NCBI GenBank assembly: GCA_002269645.1
Contig: NIVC01001384.1
Location: 1-64,000 of the forward strand
Direction: 5' to 3'
DNA length: 64,000 nucleotides
DNA from: Macrostomum lignano
Lineage: Eukaryota
In this document: piece after piece, positions 24,001-37,114 of the stretch
How the letters are laid out: each line of letters begins with the position of its first letter
Numbering within the stretch: the stretch's first letter is position 1
Translations under genes and position numbers: made by a program
Notes under the pieces: generated by a model
What the model saw: the letters and a program-made list of their open reading frames with translations, nothing else
Told to the model about the DNA's origin: nothing
Database searches by the model: none

Positions 24001-27000
24001 GCTCTAACCACTGGGCTTACAACCCCCTTAAGCCCTGAATCAGCCCTGAAAGCAAGCTATCTAGCTAGCTAGATATCATCTATCTATTTCTCAAGCAATC
24101 GGGTGTACAGCAGCCCTGACTGTCTAATCGTCAGGCATGTGCACTCTTTGTGCCTTGTGGGTTGGCCCTCATGGCTGTGAATCACACGACAGCCTTTCAA
24201 CCAAATTTCCTGCACAAGCCTCAAATGCATGGTTTGCACACGGAATCGAGCCAACAGGGCCACACTACTACAAGTAGCTGGCTGCGGTTCTACTCACTCC
24301 TCTTGTCCAGCTTCTTCAGGCGCTTCATCGCCCGTTGCTGCCACAGTCTGCTGGCAGGACGGACTGCCGGCCCCTGACGGGTCAGGAATCTCGCCACGGC
24401 GACGCCCCGGTGCCCGGGACTCAGGTCCGTCAGCTCGAGCCCCGACGGGCCCCAGGAGGTCGTCATTGACGACGAAATTGGCGCGTTTCGCTGCTGCTGC
24501 TGATGTCGCCGAAGGAGGCTGCCGTGGACTGCGCAGGTGCTCGCCGGGATGAAGGACGATGTCTCGTTTGCAAACGGGTAGCTGTCGACGAGCAGCGGCT
24601 GCCCGGCTGTACATGTCTGGCTGGCTTCCGCGTCATCCGCCGCGTCCTCGCCAGGCTGCAGCAGCCGCTTGGACGGCGACTCGACTGCTGGGCCTCCCGG
24701 CTGGGCGCCGGCGACAACGCAGCCATTTCTCTTGCGGGCTTGAAGTGCATCGAGTAGTTTGTTTAATGCAATTTAGTTAGTAAACTAATACTTTTTAACA
24801 TTACATAAATTTAAATCCAAATCCCCATGACATAATCCACGCATCCCAGTGTCATAATCCTTATCCTAGAGTCTTTATCTGACACCTCCCGGTGTCTCAA
24901 TTCACATTACAGTGCCTTAATCCACATATTCCAGTGTCTCAGTCTACATTCCAGTGTCCCAGTTCACACCCCAGTGTCACAGTTCACACCCCAGTGTCCC
25001 AGTTCACATCCCAGAGTCCCAGTTCACACCCCAGTGTCACAGTTCACACCCCAGTGTCCCAGTTCACACCCCAGTGTCACAGTTCACACCCCAGTGTCCC
25101 AGTTCACACCCCAGTGTCACAGTTCACACCCCAGTGTCACAGTTCACACCCAGTGTCCCAGTTCACACCCCAGTGTCCCAGTTCACACCCCAGAGTCCCA
25201 GTTCACACCCCAGTGTCCCAGTTCACACCCCAGTGTCCCAGTTCACACCCCAGTGTCCCAGTTCACACCCCCAGTGTCCCAGTTCACATCCCAGTTTTCC
25301 TGTCCCCATCCCAATGTCTCATTTCACAGCCCAGTTTTCCAGTTCCCATCCCAATGTCTCATTTCACATTCTAGTGTTTTAGTTTAGATCCCAGTATCCC
25401 AGTTCCCATCCCTATGTCTCAGTTCACACCCAGTGTCCCAGTTCCCGGCCAATGTCCCAGTTCACACCCCAATGTCCCAGTTCACATCCCTGTGTTTCAG
25501 CTCAGATTCTAAAGTCTCACTTCACATCGGAATGTCTAAGTTTACATCCTAATGTCAGTTCACATGCCAATGTCTCAGTTCCCACTCCAGTGTCCCAGTC
25601 CAGAATCCAGTCGAAATGCAACTCAATAAACCAGGATGTCACAGTTCGCTTACCTTTAGTCGAGTCGTTAGCAGATTCCCATCTACTTCGCCGACAAACG
25701 CAGACCAGGACAAGCACGAAGATGAGCACCATTAGCAGCGCGATAGAGGCGCCAGCTATGAAAGCCGTGGGAATGTTCTCTGCCAAGGTTGAGGTGGGGT
25801 TGCTCAGGTTGTGTTGGGTAAGTTGGGAAAGTTAGCGTAGATGTGATAAGGCAATTGAGGCAGTTCTGCCCAGTCCGCTGAGTCCTGAGCACATTCAAGC
25901 GCACCAATACTGTACTCAGGCACAGCACTCATGCACACGCTCACACAGGGTGCACTGCGGTCCTGACTTTCGAATCGTCAGGCATGTACACTCTGTGCCT
26001 TGGGGGCTGGCCCTCATGTCTGTGAATCGCACAACAAACCATCAACCAATTTTCGTGCACAAACCCCAAATGAATCGGTAGATTAGGTGTGAGATCAGGT
26101 GGGAGATCAGGTGTGAGATCAGGTGTGAGATCAGGTGGGAGATCAGGTGGGAGATCAGGTGTGAGATCAGGTGTGAGATCAGGTGTGAGATCAGGTGGGA
26201 GATCAGGTGGGAGATCAGGTGGGAGATCAGGTGGGAGATCAGGTGTGAGATCAGGTGGGAGATCAGGTGTGAGATCAGGTGGGAGATCAGGTGGGAGATC
26301 AGGTAGGAGATCAGGTGGGAGATCAGGTGGGAGATCAGGTGGGAGATCAGGTGGGAGATCAGGTGGGAGATCAGGTGGGAGATCAGGTAGGAGATCAGGT
26401 GTGAGATCAGGTGTGAGATCAGGTGTGAGATCAGGTGTGAGATCAGGTGGGAGATCAGGTGTGAGATCAGGTGTGAGATCAGGTGTGAGATCAGGTGGGA
26501 GATCAGGTGTGAGATCAGGTGTGAGATCAGGTGTGAGATCAGGTGTGAGATCAGGTGAGAGATCAGGTGTGAGATCAGGTGGGAGATCAGGTGGGAGATC
26601 AGGTGTGAGATCAGGTGTGAGATCAGGTGGGAGATCAGGTAGGAGATCAGGTGTGAGATCAGGTGTGAGATCAGGTGTGAGATCAGGTGTGAGATAGAGT
26701 TCGAGACAGGCCATGTAAAGTCCATATCGCATTTTCGCAAAGTCACGGATAAGCCGCTGACCTTCCACGTGCAGCAGAATCACGCCCGAGTGGGTGCCCA
26801 GCCCATTGTCCGCGGTGCAGTTGTACTCCCCGGAGTCCGAAGGCTGCACTTCGTCGAAGTGCAGAAAGGCCGACGTGCCGCCTACGAAGTCTTCGCGGTA
26901 GAGGCGACGCCTGTCGGATATTTTAATTGTCATCCAGCTTCTAATACACCTATTCACCAACTCCAGATACCATTCCCCAGCACCAGGCAGTATTCACCAA

Positions 27001-30000
27001 CTCCAGATAGCGTTCACCAACTCCAGATAGCGTTCACCAACTCCAAATAGCATTCACCAGCACCAGGCAGTATTCACCAACTCCAGATAGCGTTCACCAA
27101 CTCCAGATAGCGTTCACCAACTCCAGATAGCATTCAACAACTCCAGATAGCATTCACAAACCGAGATAGCATTCACCAACTCCAGATAGCATTCACCAAC
27201 TCCAGATAGCATTCATCAACTCCAGATAGCATTCACCAACTCCAGATAGCATTCACCAACTCCAGATAGCATTCATCAACTCCAGATAGCATTCACCAAC
27301 TCCAGATAGCATTCACCAACTCCAGATAGCATTCACCAACTCCAGATAGCATTCACCAACTCCAGATAGCATTCATCAACTCCAGATAGCATTCACCAAC
27401 TCCAGATAGCATTCATCAACTCCAGATAGCATTCACCAACTCCAGATAGCATTCATCAACTCCAGATAGCATTCATCAACTCCAGATAGCATTCACCAAC
27501 TCCAGATAGCATTCACCAACTCCAGATAGCATTCACCAACTCCAGATAGCATTCACCAACTCCAGATAGCATTCACCAACTCCAGATAGCATTCATCAAC
27601 TCCAGATAGCATTCACCAACTCCAGATAGCATTCATCAACTCCAGATAGCATTCACCAACTCCAGATAGCATTCATCAACTCCAGATAGCATTCACCAAC
27701 TCCAGATAGCATTCACCAACTCCAGATAGCATTCACCAACTCCAGATACCATTCACCAACTCCAAATAGCATTCACCAACTCCAGGCAGCTTTCTGATCG
27801 CACCTGAGCCCGGGCTCCACCGCGGTGCCGTCGCCGCGGCTCCATCGGACGCCGTCGGGCTCGATCGGCAGCGGCACGGAATTGACGCGGCACTCCAACC
27901 GTACCGATCGCTGGCCAGCCACAACTACGTAGCGCTGACGATCGACGTTGACGCCGCTTCCATCAGACGACGTCGCGGACGCAGCCACCGCCGTCGGGAC
28001 GCCGGCCGACACAACCCGAGGCGGCGCCGCCCTAGCCAGGATGACTCGACGCGTCACTGTGGGGAAGCCGGTCGCGCTGGCTGAGCAGGTGTACTCGCCG
28101 AAGTCCGCCTCGCCAACCGGGTCCAGACGGAGCGTCGCCGATCGGCCAAGGACATCGCCGTCACCTCTGTCGACGCGGCGCCATTCAACAGAGGCCGTCG
28201 GGCTGGACTCGACGCGGCAGTCGAGGCTGGCGATGCCTCCCGGCGAAGCCGCGTACAGCCGGGGCAAGTTGAGCGCGAACTTCGGACCGTAGTGGACGCG
28301 CAGGCGGACTTCAGCCTCGCCGCGGGCGAAGCTGGTTGCCGAGCAGCGGACGGTCCGACCGTCATGCCGACGGGTGAGAAGCATTGGGAGGCGCGGCCCG
28401 AACTGCTGGATGATCGGCTCCAGATTGTCTATGGTCCAACTGAAAGGGGGAGAGAAATTTATATAAATCATGACTACAGTCTACAGACTACAGTCTATGG
28501 TCGAAACCCCGGGGTTTCGCGCTGCGGCTAGGCGCCTGGAGTGGCCCATCTGGGGTTTTGAGAATATGTCTGGGGCTGAAGCTACTTCTTGCATTGAATT
28601 TGCGCCAGCGGTCAGCAATGTCTCAACTTCTGAACTTCCGAATTCCAACTGAAGCCAGCATGTGTTTCGTCCGAGGTATTTTTTCGACAACAGGGGGTTG
28701 TAGCCTAGTGGTTAGAGCGTCGGAATCACGGCTTGAAGGTCGGGGTTCCATTCTTGACCCAACTCGGAACAATTTGTGTCTTTGAGCAAGACACTTAACT
28801 CTACATTGCTTCAGTTCACCAAAGCTGTAAAATGGGTGCTAGCATTAGCTGGGGTAATCGAGGGTGTGTGTGGTGACCCCCCAGTCCTTGGACTGAACAG
28901 CCGTACGCAGCCTTCAGATGCGCCGCGCAATAGCTGCGGCTGAGCTGTCGGTTGCACATCTGCCCAGATGAAAACAATTCATCAATTGTTTTTTAGACAT
29001 CAAAATCTGAAAGTCCTACTGTTAGTAGCCAGTTTAGCAAAAAAAACGTCCCGGAATTAATTTTTATTCATTCGTTCCAAAGCAGGGACAAAGCAGGTTT
29101 TAGTTGTCCCTGTTCCAAAGCCTTACCTGTAGGTAAAGTTATCTGGCCGGCCGAAAGCCTGGCACACCGCGATGACATTGTCGTGCTCCCTGTACTGGTT
29201 TCCAGGCCGCAGGGGCTCCAGGACCACGCGAACCCGCGGAGGCACGCTGACGTAGAGGCGAGTCCCGGCCGTCAGAGCCGGCTCCGACTCGAACCCGGGC
29301 ACATGGGCGCTACACTCGATTGGCATGTTGTGGTGCGCGTCCGTCACCGACTGGCTGGAGATTGACAGCTCCGATCGAGCGCTCAGCCTTGGTGAAAGGC
29401 GGAATATTGAATGTCATCTGTGATCTTGTCACTAGCTAGATTGATCTAGTAACTAGCTAGATTGATCTAGTCACTAGCTAGAATAATCTAGTCACTAGCT
29501 AGATTGATCTAGTCACTAGATTGATTGATCTATACACTAGCTAGATTGATCTATTAGCTGGACAACGATCTTCCGTCGGTCTTTCATCGAAGGGAATCAA
29601 CTGTATAACTGAAGACTCACAGCTGGCCCTCTTCAGCCAGGGCGGTCATTACTGCGAAGCCGTTCAACGGTGTCTGGAAGCTGGCCGGCAGCTGCGGTCG
29701 CTGGAACAGCGGCACCGGGATTCTAGTTTCGTCGCGCAGCGTCCAAGACATCGCTGGCGCCGGACTGGCCGGGCCGGCCACGCAAGCCAGTCGGAGTGGC
29801 TGTCCGGCCAAAACTCGCACGGTCGAGTTGGCAGGCTTGTCTGTACTGTCCGGGCCGGTGACGCGGTACAGCCGCAGCCAGGCCGAGTTGTGCAGCACCC
29901 GCAGGTAGCCGGGGTCGGAGATCAGCGGCCAGCTCTGGGCGCGCGATTGCAAGGCCAGCTGGCAGGCGTACTCGCCCTGATCCTGCAGTCGGACCCCAGC

Positions 30001-31559
30001 AATTCGGAGGTCGTGAACCCCTGCGGGTTTTGCGGATGTTGTTGGAGGTTGCGGATGTTGCTGGAGGTTGCGGATGTTGAGGGAGGTTGCGGTTGTTGAG
30101 AGAGCTTGCGGTTGTTGAGAGAGCTTGCGGTTGTTGAGGGTGTTGTGGGATGTTTAGATGGGAGGTTGCGGTTGTTGTGGATGTTGTGATTGTTGCGGGA
30201 GGTTCCAGCTGTTGTAGGAGGTTGCTGCGGATGTTGCAGGATTTTTTAGCGCTGCAAAGTCATTTTATTGTTGCTGGAGGTTGCTGTGTTATACAACTGC
30301 TTTTAGCAAGGAAAAGTGCGGAAAATTAAAATTAAACCTGGCTGTAGCAATGAATACTTTTTAAATTTGATATTACGAGCTATATGACTCTTGTAGCAGT
30401 TGTCCCGAACAGCATATAAGGTAATAAAAAAGTTACTTTTCTTCGGGAGATATTTTAGACTGCAAAGAGACAAAATGTCAGCGAGAACCGGGCCCCGCAG
30501 ATGCAAGTGCTACACTGATCTCCGACTTATTTACAGAGCATCCGGCTGGACCTATAGATCTCAGGCTGGGTCTCAAGCTTGGGCCTTGACACCAGCGACT
30601 AATCCGTAAGGCTTCAGTCCATTAAGCATTCCATGCTCTCGCAGCTTGTCAGATTTTATCTCCGTATATCAAGTAGAGCAGACTGTTGATGAACGAGCGT
30701 CAGCATCGCAGACAGATACGACGGTCTTGTGTTACAATTATAGATGGCGGATTTAGTGAGAATTTCAAACCCGAAAACATGTTTTTTTAAAGAAGATATA
30801 CATGTACTGCTGTGCATCAAAGTAGGGGTTCCAAGAAGGAAGTCTCTCAAAAATCATTAGACAGGGAGTCACTGAAGCCCAAGAAACTAGTGATCAATTT
30901 CAAATATGATCAGGTAGATGAATACGACAGTTTTCCCTAAGAAATGATATCGATAAGTAGGTGATTACGAGCTAAATTCAAAGGAAATCTGTTAGCCAAG
31001 AATTAAGCGGTAAAGATCAAAGGAAATCTGTTAGCCAAGAATTAAGCGGTAAAGATCAAAGGAAATCTGTTAGCCAAGAATTAAGCGATAAATATCAAAG
31101 GAAATCGGTTAGACAAAAATTAAGCGGTAAAGATCAAAGGAAATCTGTTTGCCAAGAATTAAGCGATAAATATCAAAGGAGATCGGTTAGACAAGAATTA
31201 AGCGGTAAATATCAAAGGAGATCGGTTAGACAAGAATTAAGCGGTAAATATCAAAGGAGATCGGTTAGACAAGCACTAAGCGGTAAATATCAAAGGAAAT
31301 CAGTTAGCCAAGAATTAAGCTGTCTTACCTGGCTCGCTGCTGGCTATGCTGTACCGACCATCGGTATTTGGCATGGAGGTGGCTGCCACAATGAGGCCGC
31401 CTCGCTGCCAGAACACCTTGACCCGGCCGGTGGGCCCGCCGCCACCGTCTTGCTGTCCGGCGTTGCTGCGGCAGGTCAGGCTGGCGTTGCCGCCTATCCG
31501 AACGGACAGATTGGCCGGCCCGTCCGTCACCCGGAGACTGGCGTCGCTGCCTGATGAAG
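21007..31559 (-). CDS. Kirre/Neph1/IrreC-rst/SYG-1-like Ig superfamily receptor (5 Ig domains, TM, PDZ-binding tail); 5' signal-peptide exon not located
   Basis: Exons with GT-AG boundaries and matching phases: 31559-31329, 30020-29621, 29387-29127, 28439-27804, 26910-26762, 25779-25654 (TM IAGASIALLMVLIFVLVLVCVC), 24738-24298 (needs +1 nt near 24617) and 21463-21007. Ig signatures ASLTC..W..DQGEYAC, LRLAC..W..IEC, IAVC..W..VRC, ASLDC..W..DFGEYTC and VRLEC..W..DSGEYNC. The C-terminus ITEV* is a class I PDZ motif. Confidence 0.88.
21497..22025. repeat. Minisatellite (~19-21 bp, AACCGGAATATTCACA core)
   Basis: Tandem copies just inside the last Kirre-like intron. Confidence 0.9.
22653..22915 (-). 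mobile_element. tRNA-derived SINE, copy 1
   Basis: Reverse complement of 28693-28958: tRNA-like head, CORE/Meta-like central domain (GTGTCCTTGAGCAAGACACTTAACTC...CTGTAAAATGGG) and shared 3' tail. Confidence 0.85.
23771..24027 (-). mobile_element. tRNA-derived SINE, copy 2
   Basis: Highly similar to copies 1 and 3 along its length. Confidence 0.85.
24100..24235. repeat. Dispersed repeat with hairpin potential, copy A
   Basis: GGGTGTACA...CCTGAC-N9-GTCAGGCATGT...TGTGAATC is shared with 25900-26078 and 37490-37635. Confidence 0.7.
24900..25600. repeat. Minisatellite, 20 bp unit (CCAGTGTCCCAGTTCACACC)
   Basis: Direct tandem copies. Confidence 0.95.
25900..26078. repeat. Dispersed repeat with hairpin potential, copy B
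   Basis: Aligns by eye to 24100-24235 and 37490-37635. Confidence 0.7.
26085..26695. repeat. Minisatellite, 12 bp unit (GAGATCAGGTGT/GG)
   Basis: About 50 tandem copies. Confidence 0.97.
26950..27785. repeat. Minisatellite, 21 bp unit (TTCACCAACTCCAGATAGCA core)
   Basis: Fills nearly the whole 27803-26911 intron. Confidence 0.97.
28693..28958 (+). mobile_element. tRNA-derived SINE, copy 3
   Basis: GGGGGTTGTAGCCTAGTGGTTAGAGCG (A box) and GGTTCCATTC (degenerate B box), followed by the non-tRNA central domain and tail shared with copies 1 and 2. Confidence 0.85.
29430..29560. repeat. Short CTAG-rich tandem repeat (ACTAGCTAGATTGATCTAGTC)
   Basis: About 5 degenerate tandem copies. Confidence 0.8.
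30985..31320. repeat. Minisatellite, 39 bp unit (AAAGGAAATCTGTTAGCCAAGAATTAAGCGGTAAAGATC)
   Basis: About 8 tandem copies. Confidence 0.95.
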
Positions 31560-34389
31560 CTGGAGAGAGATTTTAGGTTTGATACAAATCATTAACTTTA
31601 ATAATAAAAACTGATCTTTCGATAGGCATTAACGCGAAAACTACACTGTCACCTGTTCTAATAGCTAGTACGAGTTGAGTAGCTTTGGACTCTCGTACTT
31701 AATCAGCTAGGTCCGATCCCGTCTGGGCCACATCAATATGAGCTTATGAGGCCCACTAAGGCATATATACTTTGCAAAACAGCTTTCTACTTTCAGCTCA
31801 GTAGCAAAGAAGAATATAGAAGTTATTTTACGAGTATAATAATTAAGGCAGCTGAAATGACTTTGATAAGTTTAGAAGCCTATAAGCTTGCAGGCGAAAA
31901 CAACTTGCTAATTGGTTCAGCCATAATGTACACAATTCCTCAAATTAAGAGGGGGGTTAAGAGCCAATAAATAAAGCCTAGTCTTTAAAAATACATAAAA
32001 GTGCTTCAGTTTAACTTACTACTGAACTGAAAGTAGCTTGCACCAAATATGCTGAGTAGCCCATCTAGTTATTTTAGTATCTGTGGTTAGGCCCAAACCC
32101 CAAGGCTCAAAGAACGTAAAAGCCTACTGTTGAGAGCGAGTAGCGAACGAAAAAAACTGACTGATGTTTAAATGACCCTTTTTAAGGCCGTTTGAATCGG
32201 GACGTTCATCTTAAAGTCCTGCTGCAATGTTTCGTTTTTTGCTCAATTATAAATAATATTTTTCGGTGTGTTCGAGTTGGGCTTAGCATTGCTTGGATTC
32301 TGCTTCTAGCGATTTCTGCCCCGTTCTGTAGCTCTCCCCAGAGCGATCGCATCATAGAATCGGCTAATTTTTCTTCTCAAAGAGGGAGTGGGGTCGTGGT
32401 CTCCCTGATTACCTCAGCTGGCTTAGGAGGTTACGCAGCTCAGCTCAGCTCAGAGAGTCCCCTAAGCCGGTATTAGATAGAGAGTGCACCAACTTTTCCC
32501 GATTGGGGTTGCCTTGGGGTGTCCGGATAAAGAGGCAGATCGGACTAGAGGCGGCTGGTGAAGGTCGACCTTTTCTGAGCAAAGCCGTGCCAAAACCGCA
32601 CTGCCCAGAGACAGCTATTTGAGCTGGGCAGAGACGGGCTGGGCAAAGCGAAAACAAGTTTGCTTAGTTACCGATACACTGGCAGAGAAGTTGTGGCGCA
32701 CTGTTTGCTGATTGCCTTCTCTGGCGCCTTCGCATGCTGCTGACATTTAATTTTAATTTGACATGGCGGTCAACAGTTCCGCTAGGACTGCAGCTGCTTG
32801 CTTCTTGCCTAGGAATTAAGTAACACTAGCTGAGGGGCACTTTTCCCTCATCGCTTGAGTTTTTGCACTTTGAAATCGCCTCTAGAGAGTAGAGACAGCC
32901 GGGAAATAACAAGTTTTTTTAGCAACCTACTATTAAATTGTAACTTTTGGCCCGTTGAAACTTGACTTTCCAAATTAGTGCCGGATATGAAAAGTGTAAA
33001 GATGCGTCTAATTCAAACTCACTAACTTCTTACTCCAATGTAAATTTCTTTCTGGGAACACTTCCTTTCCCTCCCTATCTCCTCCCCCGGAACTCCATCT
33101 TCTCCCTACCTCCTCTTGTCTCTTATTCTCCCTCCTCCCCTCTACCCTCTCTTCCGCCTACCTCACCTCACTCTCTGCCTCTATAGAAACTTTGCGGATT
33201 CTATTTCAGCATTTCCTGAAAATGGCAGCAGATAGCGGCAAGCAGATGGCTCTTCGAAATAAATAATCTGGATTGAATGTGAAATAGTAGCTTTTTAAAG
33301 ATAGCAACGAGCGGTTTCTAGGCCAGGTGAGAGATAAGATAAAGCATTTGATTGCTGGCTGGCATTTACAAAACCGATGCATCGCTTTGGTGGACTTAGC
33401 GCGACTGATCTAAACTTTAGCCAGGTGGGATCTGACACTGTGCGAGCGCATTATGCGGCTATATCGAATTCCAGAACATTTTTTTCATTTTTAGTCAGGG
33501 TTTTAGGAAAAATTACTTCAGGGATAACAGGAAAATAAAAATTAAAAGTTCAAATTAAAATTTTTGTTTTAAAAAAAACCAATTAAAATATAGAGTAAAC
33601 CTTTAAAAATATATAAAAATGAAAAAAACCAATAAAAAAGAAAAATTTATAAACATAGTTTCGTCCTTTTTTTGAAATATGTTAGGTTTTGTAAGGCATT
33701 TTTGTCTGCTTTCCATGGTGCATGTGCCCAACCCTCATGGTATTTATTAAGCCTGTACCAGGAAAAACTGCATGCAAATACACTGGAAACATCTTTGAGG
33801 GCCAATTCAATTTTTAATATGAGCTTAATTTGAATTAATCTAGAATTACTTTTTTCAAAACTAATGAATGAAACCAGGCATTAGCTATACAGGGGCACTG
33901 TCTTGACATCAGGTTTCTGGTTGAGTACAAGCAGTTTAATGACCACCTAATGACTACCTAGCATGCGAATAGCGAACAGCAAACATGAAGAAATGCATTT
34001 GATAATTACCGGAGGTATCAGGGGTAAAGGTTAGACCTGACTTTTCCTTTCAACTTACCGCTTACGCCTGAGGTCAAAAAACAGATAAAAGGAACATTGA
34101 TATTCAGGGCGAACCCGGAGTGACCCCCTGGCTAACATGGGGGCAGGAGAGAGAAGGGGGCAATTTAGAGGACTTCGCTGATGTCGAAGACACGGACGAT
34201 GCTGAGCGTTTTTTTCCCAGTAAACTGATAAAAATCCATGCTAAGTTGGAAAATTAGTCTCGCTGAATAGTGGGAAAGAGAGAAGCAAGCACGATGACCA
34301 ATCCTCTTATCATTCCCTAATCCCTATATCGTCCCATCAGCTTGGGATCCTCGGGCGTCCACTTCACTGGTTGGCATTGCCAGCAGCAT

Positions 34390-34460
34390 ACGGACACACA
34401 CACACACACATACACACACATACACACACACACACACACAATACACACACAATACACACA
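34390..34460. repeat. (CA)n microsatellite
   Basis: Interrupted CA dinucleotide run. Confidence 0.9.
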
Positions 34461-36485
34461 GTCTTGTTTCATCCAGCCGGGTTCAAGACCGAACACAAGC
34501 CAGCTGCAGAGCAAAAGAATTAATTCCGTGAAGTGGTCTAGCAAACATTGTTGCGCAGGGAGTAGGGAGGGGGTCGAGCGATCGACTTTCCCTCATCTCT
34601 CTCGTGTCCCTATATCTTCATCCTAGATGATGGCGGTGGTGGGGTGAGGGCAGTTTACAAGTCTCAGTTGTTGGACAAGCGCACTGGCCCCTATATAGGA
34701 TCAACAGGTTATTATACACAGGTTCCCTGCCAGCCCGCCCGCCAGTACCAGTCAGGCCCCAAATATGGCGCACTGGTGCTTCAATGCAATACGAGCGCTA
34801 TAGGCCGTTTCCTCGCCACTTTCTTATATTTATCTTTTTTCTCCTCTGATTAATTGGCTATAGCAGCACAGCACAGGGTGCCAGGGGCAGTAAAGAGGCG
34901 AGTGGGAGAGTGAGGGTGAGGATAAAGCAGATGGGGAAGTGCAAGAGGCCGCAATAAGTTATGGCGTAGCAATAAAAGGCGGTGCTGGGTGCCAAGGATA
35001 ATCTTGGCTAGAAAAGGGAGGCTGTAACAGTTGGCTTGCGGCCAACGATTACTAAAATGCTAGTTCTTAATAGCGGCTGGCGAAGCGTTCAGCAGCAGCA
35101 GGCTGATTATTTACGAGGAGAAGGAGAATTAAAGGTAGAGAAAAGGTGAGATTTTAGAAGTTAAGCTTATGTTTCAGAGAATTTTCCGATAATTTCGTAT
35201 AAAAATAACAATGGGAAAGTCATGGCCCTGTGTGAGTGCGCGCCTGCCCGTGTGTACACAGACACGCATAGTTCACATTGGGGTTGTACATCTGCCCTGA
35301 CTCCTCCCCCGTAGATTCCGTACGCAAACCACCGCCCCGCCACGCCCCCTTCCCCAAAATACGGGTATGACGGCCACGCCTTGGCCCGCGAAATCTGGGG
35401 TGGTGGGGTGGCCTGAGTGTACAGTGTGCCACTAGGATTGAGATACCAATCGATAAGCCAACCAATCAGAAACGAGAAGAGGGGAGGGAGAGAGAACCAT
35501 AGAGAGGAGGGAGAATGACTTAAAGTGCAATGACACAGAAGGACGAAAGCTGCGACAAGAAAAGAAAAATCACCGATAGAGAGAGAAGTGCTCCAGGAAA
35601 ATCATATCGGAAATCGGACACAAGCGCTTCTTAAATGGGGATTAAAGGGGATCCAAGGATGGACAGACAGCCGTTAGAAGTAAACAGATTTAGAGAAAGG
35701 GAAGAGGGAGTGAGAGATGGCCAGCAAATGCAAGAGAAGAAGATAAATGAAAACTCCCGCCACTGATGAAGGTTGGCGCTGGATAGCTGGGCCACAAAGC
35801 TCGGAGATAGTCTGCACTACTTTCTTCTTAGAGGCCTGCTCTACTCCCAGAGGCGGAAGGCCACTGCAAAATTAATATCCCAAAGTGCGCTGCGGGCTAA
35901 TCTCTTCTATTTGTTATGCTACTACTTTCGCTACGCCTACCGGCACCCAGCGGCCTCCCAAACTTCCAAGCCCGGGGGAGCCTTCCATCATTCTTTGCCA
36001 TCCTCCATTCATTCACTTCCCGTCTTTCCCGATCCCCCTGTCCTCTAACTTTTCCCTCCTTTCTCTCGCTGATCAGTTTCTTCTAATACTGCGGCTTTTG
36101 TAAGTTTCCATTCCTTTCCGTCAAGTCATTATTATGGTAACTTCATTCTTTCCTTTGCCAACCCTCTGGCACCATTTTTCATTCACTGCCACACTCCCGG
36201 CTGCGAACTAGCTGCTGCCTTCGGAAAAAAGCGCGTTGAAGCCCGTGTAACACGCGATCGCTTCTTGAGCAGCTGGCTGCTTGCAATGTCAGTCCGTTAA
36301 ACTTGTTCCTTGACATCTCTCATCTTTAGCAGTAAGAATATTAAGCCATCTTTCTCGAACGGGTCATCAGTTACTATCCTGACACCGTCGGCTGCTTGAG
36401 AGACTTGAGAGAGTTGAAGATCAGATTTCCTGGGACGCATGACTAAGCGCGCATGACATTAGCGTGCATTTTGAAACTGCTCTAC

Positions 36486-36745
36486 GTGACACAAGCGCGC
36501 ATTTCAAATGCAGACGTCTGGAACAAGCGCGCATTTCAAATGCAGACGTCTGGAACAAGCGCGCATTTCAAATGCAGACGTCTGGAACAAGCAAGCGCGC
36601 ATTTCAAATGCAGACGTCTGGAACAAGCGCGCATTTCAAATGCAGACGTCTGGAACAAGCGCGCATTTCAAATGCAGACGTCTGGAACAAGCGCGCATTT
36701 CAAATGCAGACGTCTGGAACAAGCGCGCATTTCAAATGCATGACT
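36486..36745. repeat. Minisatellite, 32 bp unit (ACAAGCGCGCATTTCAAATGCAGACGTCTGGA)
   Basis: About 7 tandem copies; CpG retained. Confidence 0.95.
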
Positions 36746-37114
36746 CTGGTGCAAGAGCGCAGTTAAAATGTACGTGTCTGGCACAAGCGCGCATCTGAAT
36801 GCAACTTGAGCTCGGCTCGGGTGATTTATGACGTGGATGTTTTATGGGTATTTTGATGATTTAGCCCCTCCACCTTGAGTGAGTGCCGTTCTAGTGATTA
36901 CAGACTATGGGCACTAGTTAGTCAGGTGATGTACATCTTTTGTGGTCCTTAACCTACGTTGAATACCTACAACTACGAAGAGGGATTGTGTGGCTGTTTG
37001 TGCATGTCTGTTTATCGTATAAAAGCCCACTACTTCTTACTACTCTTATCCAATGTCACTCATCTGAATAGTTTGAGAATGGAGCAAGTCCAAGGCAACA
37101 AAAGAGGCCCTCGA

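Noticed and set aside
25941-26960. 339-aa ORF with PDLT repeats, mucin- or antifreeze-like
   Set aside because: It is Kirre-like exon 26910-26762 read past its GT donor into a 12-bp intronic array.
28693-28765. tRNA-like sequence
   Set aside because: It has A and B boxes but no acceptor-stem 3' half, and runs straight into a body shared by three dispersed copies, so it is a SINE head.
32660-32740. Candidate first coding exon of the Kirre-like gene (MRRRQRRQSANSAPQLLCQCI, phase-1 donor)
   Set aside because: The phase fits but there is no hydrophobic signal peptide, so support is insufficient.
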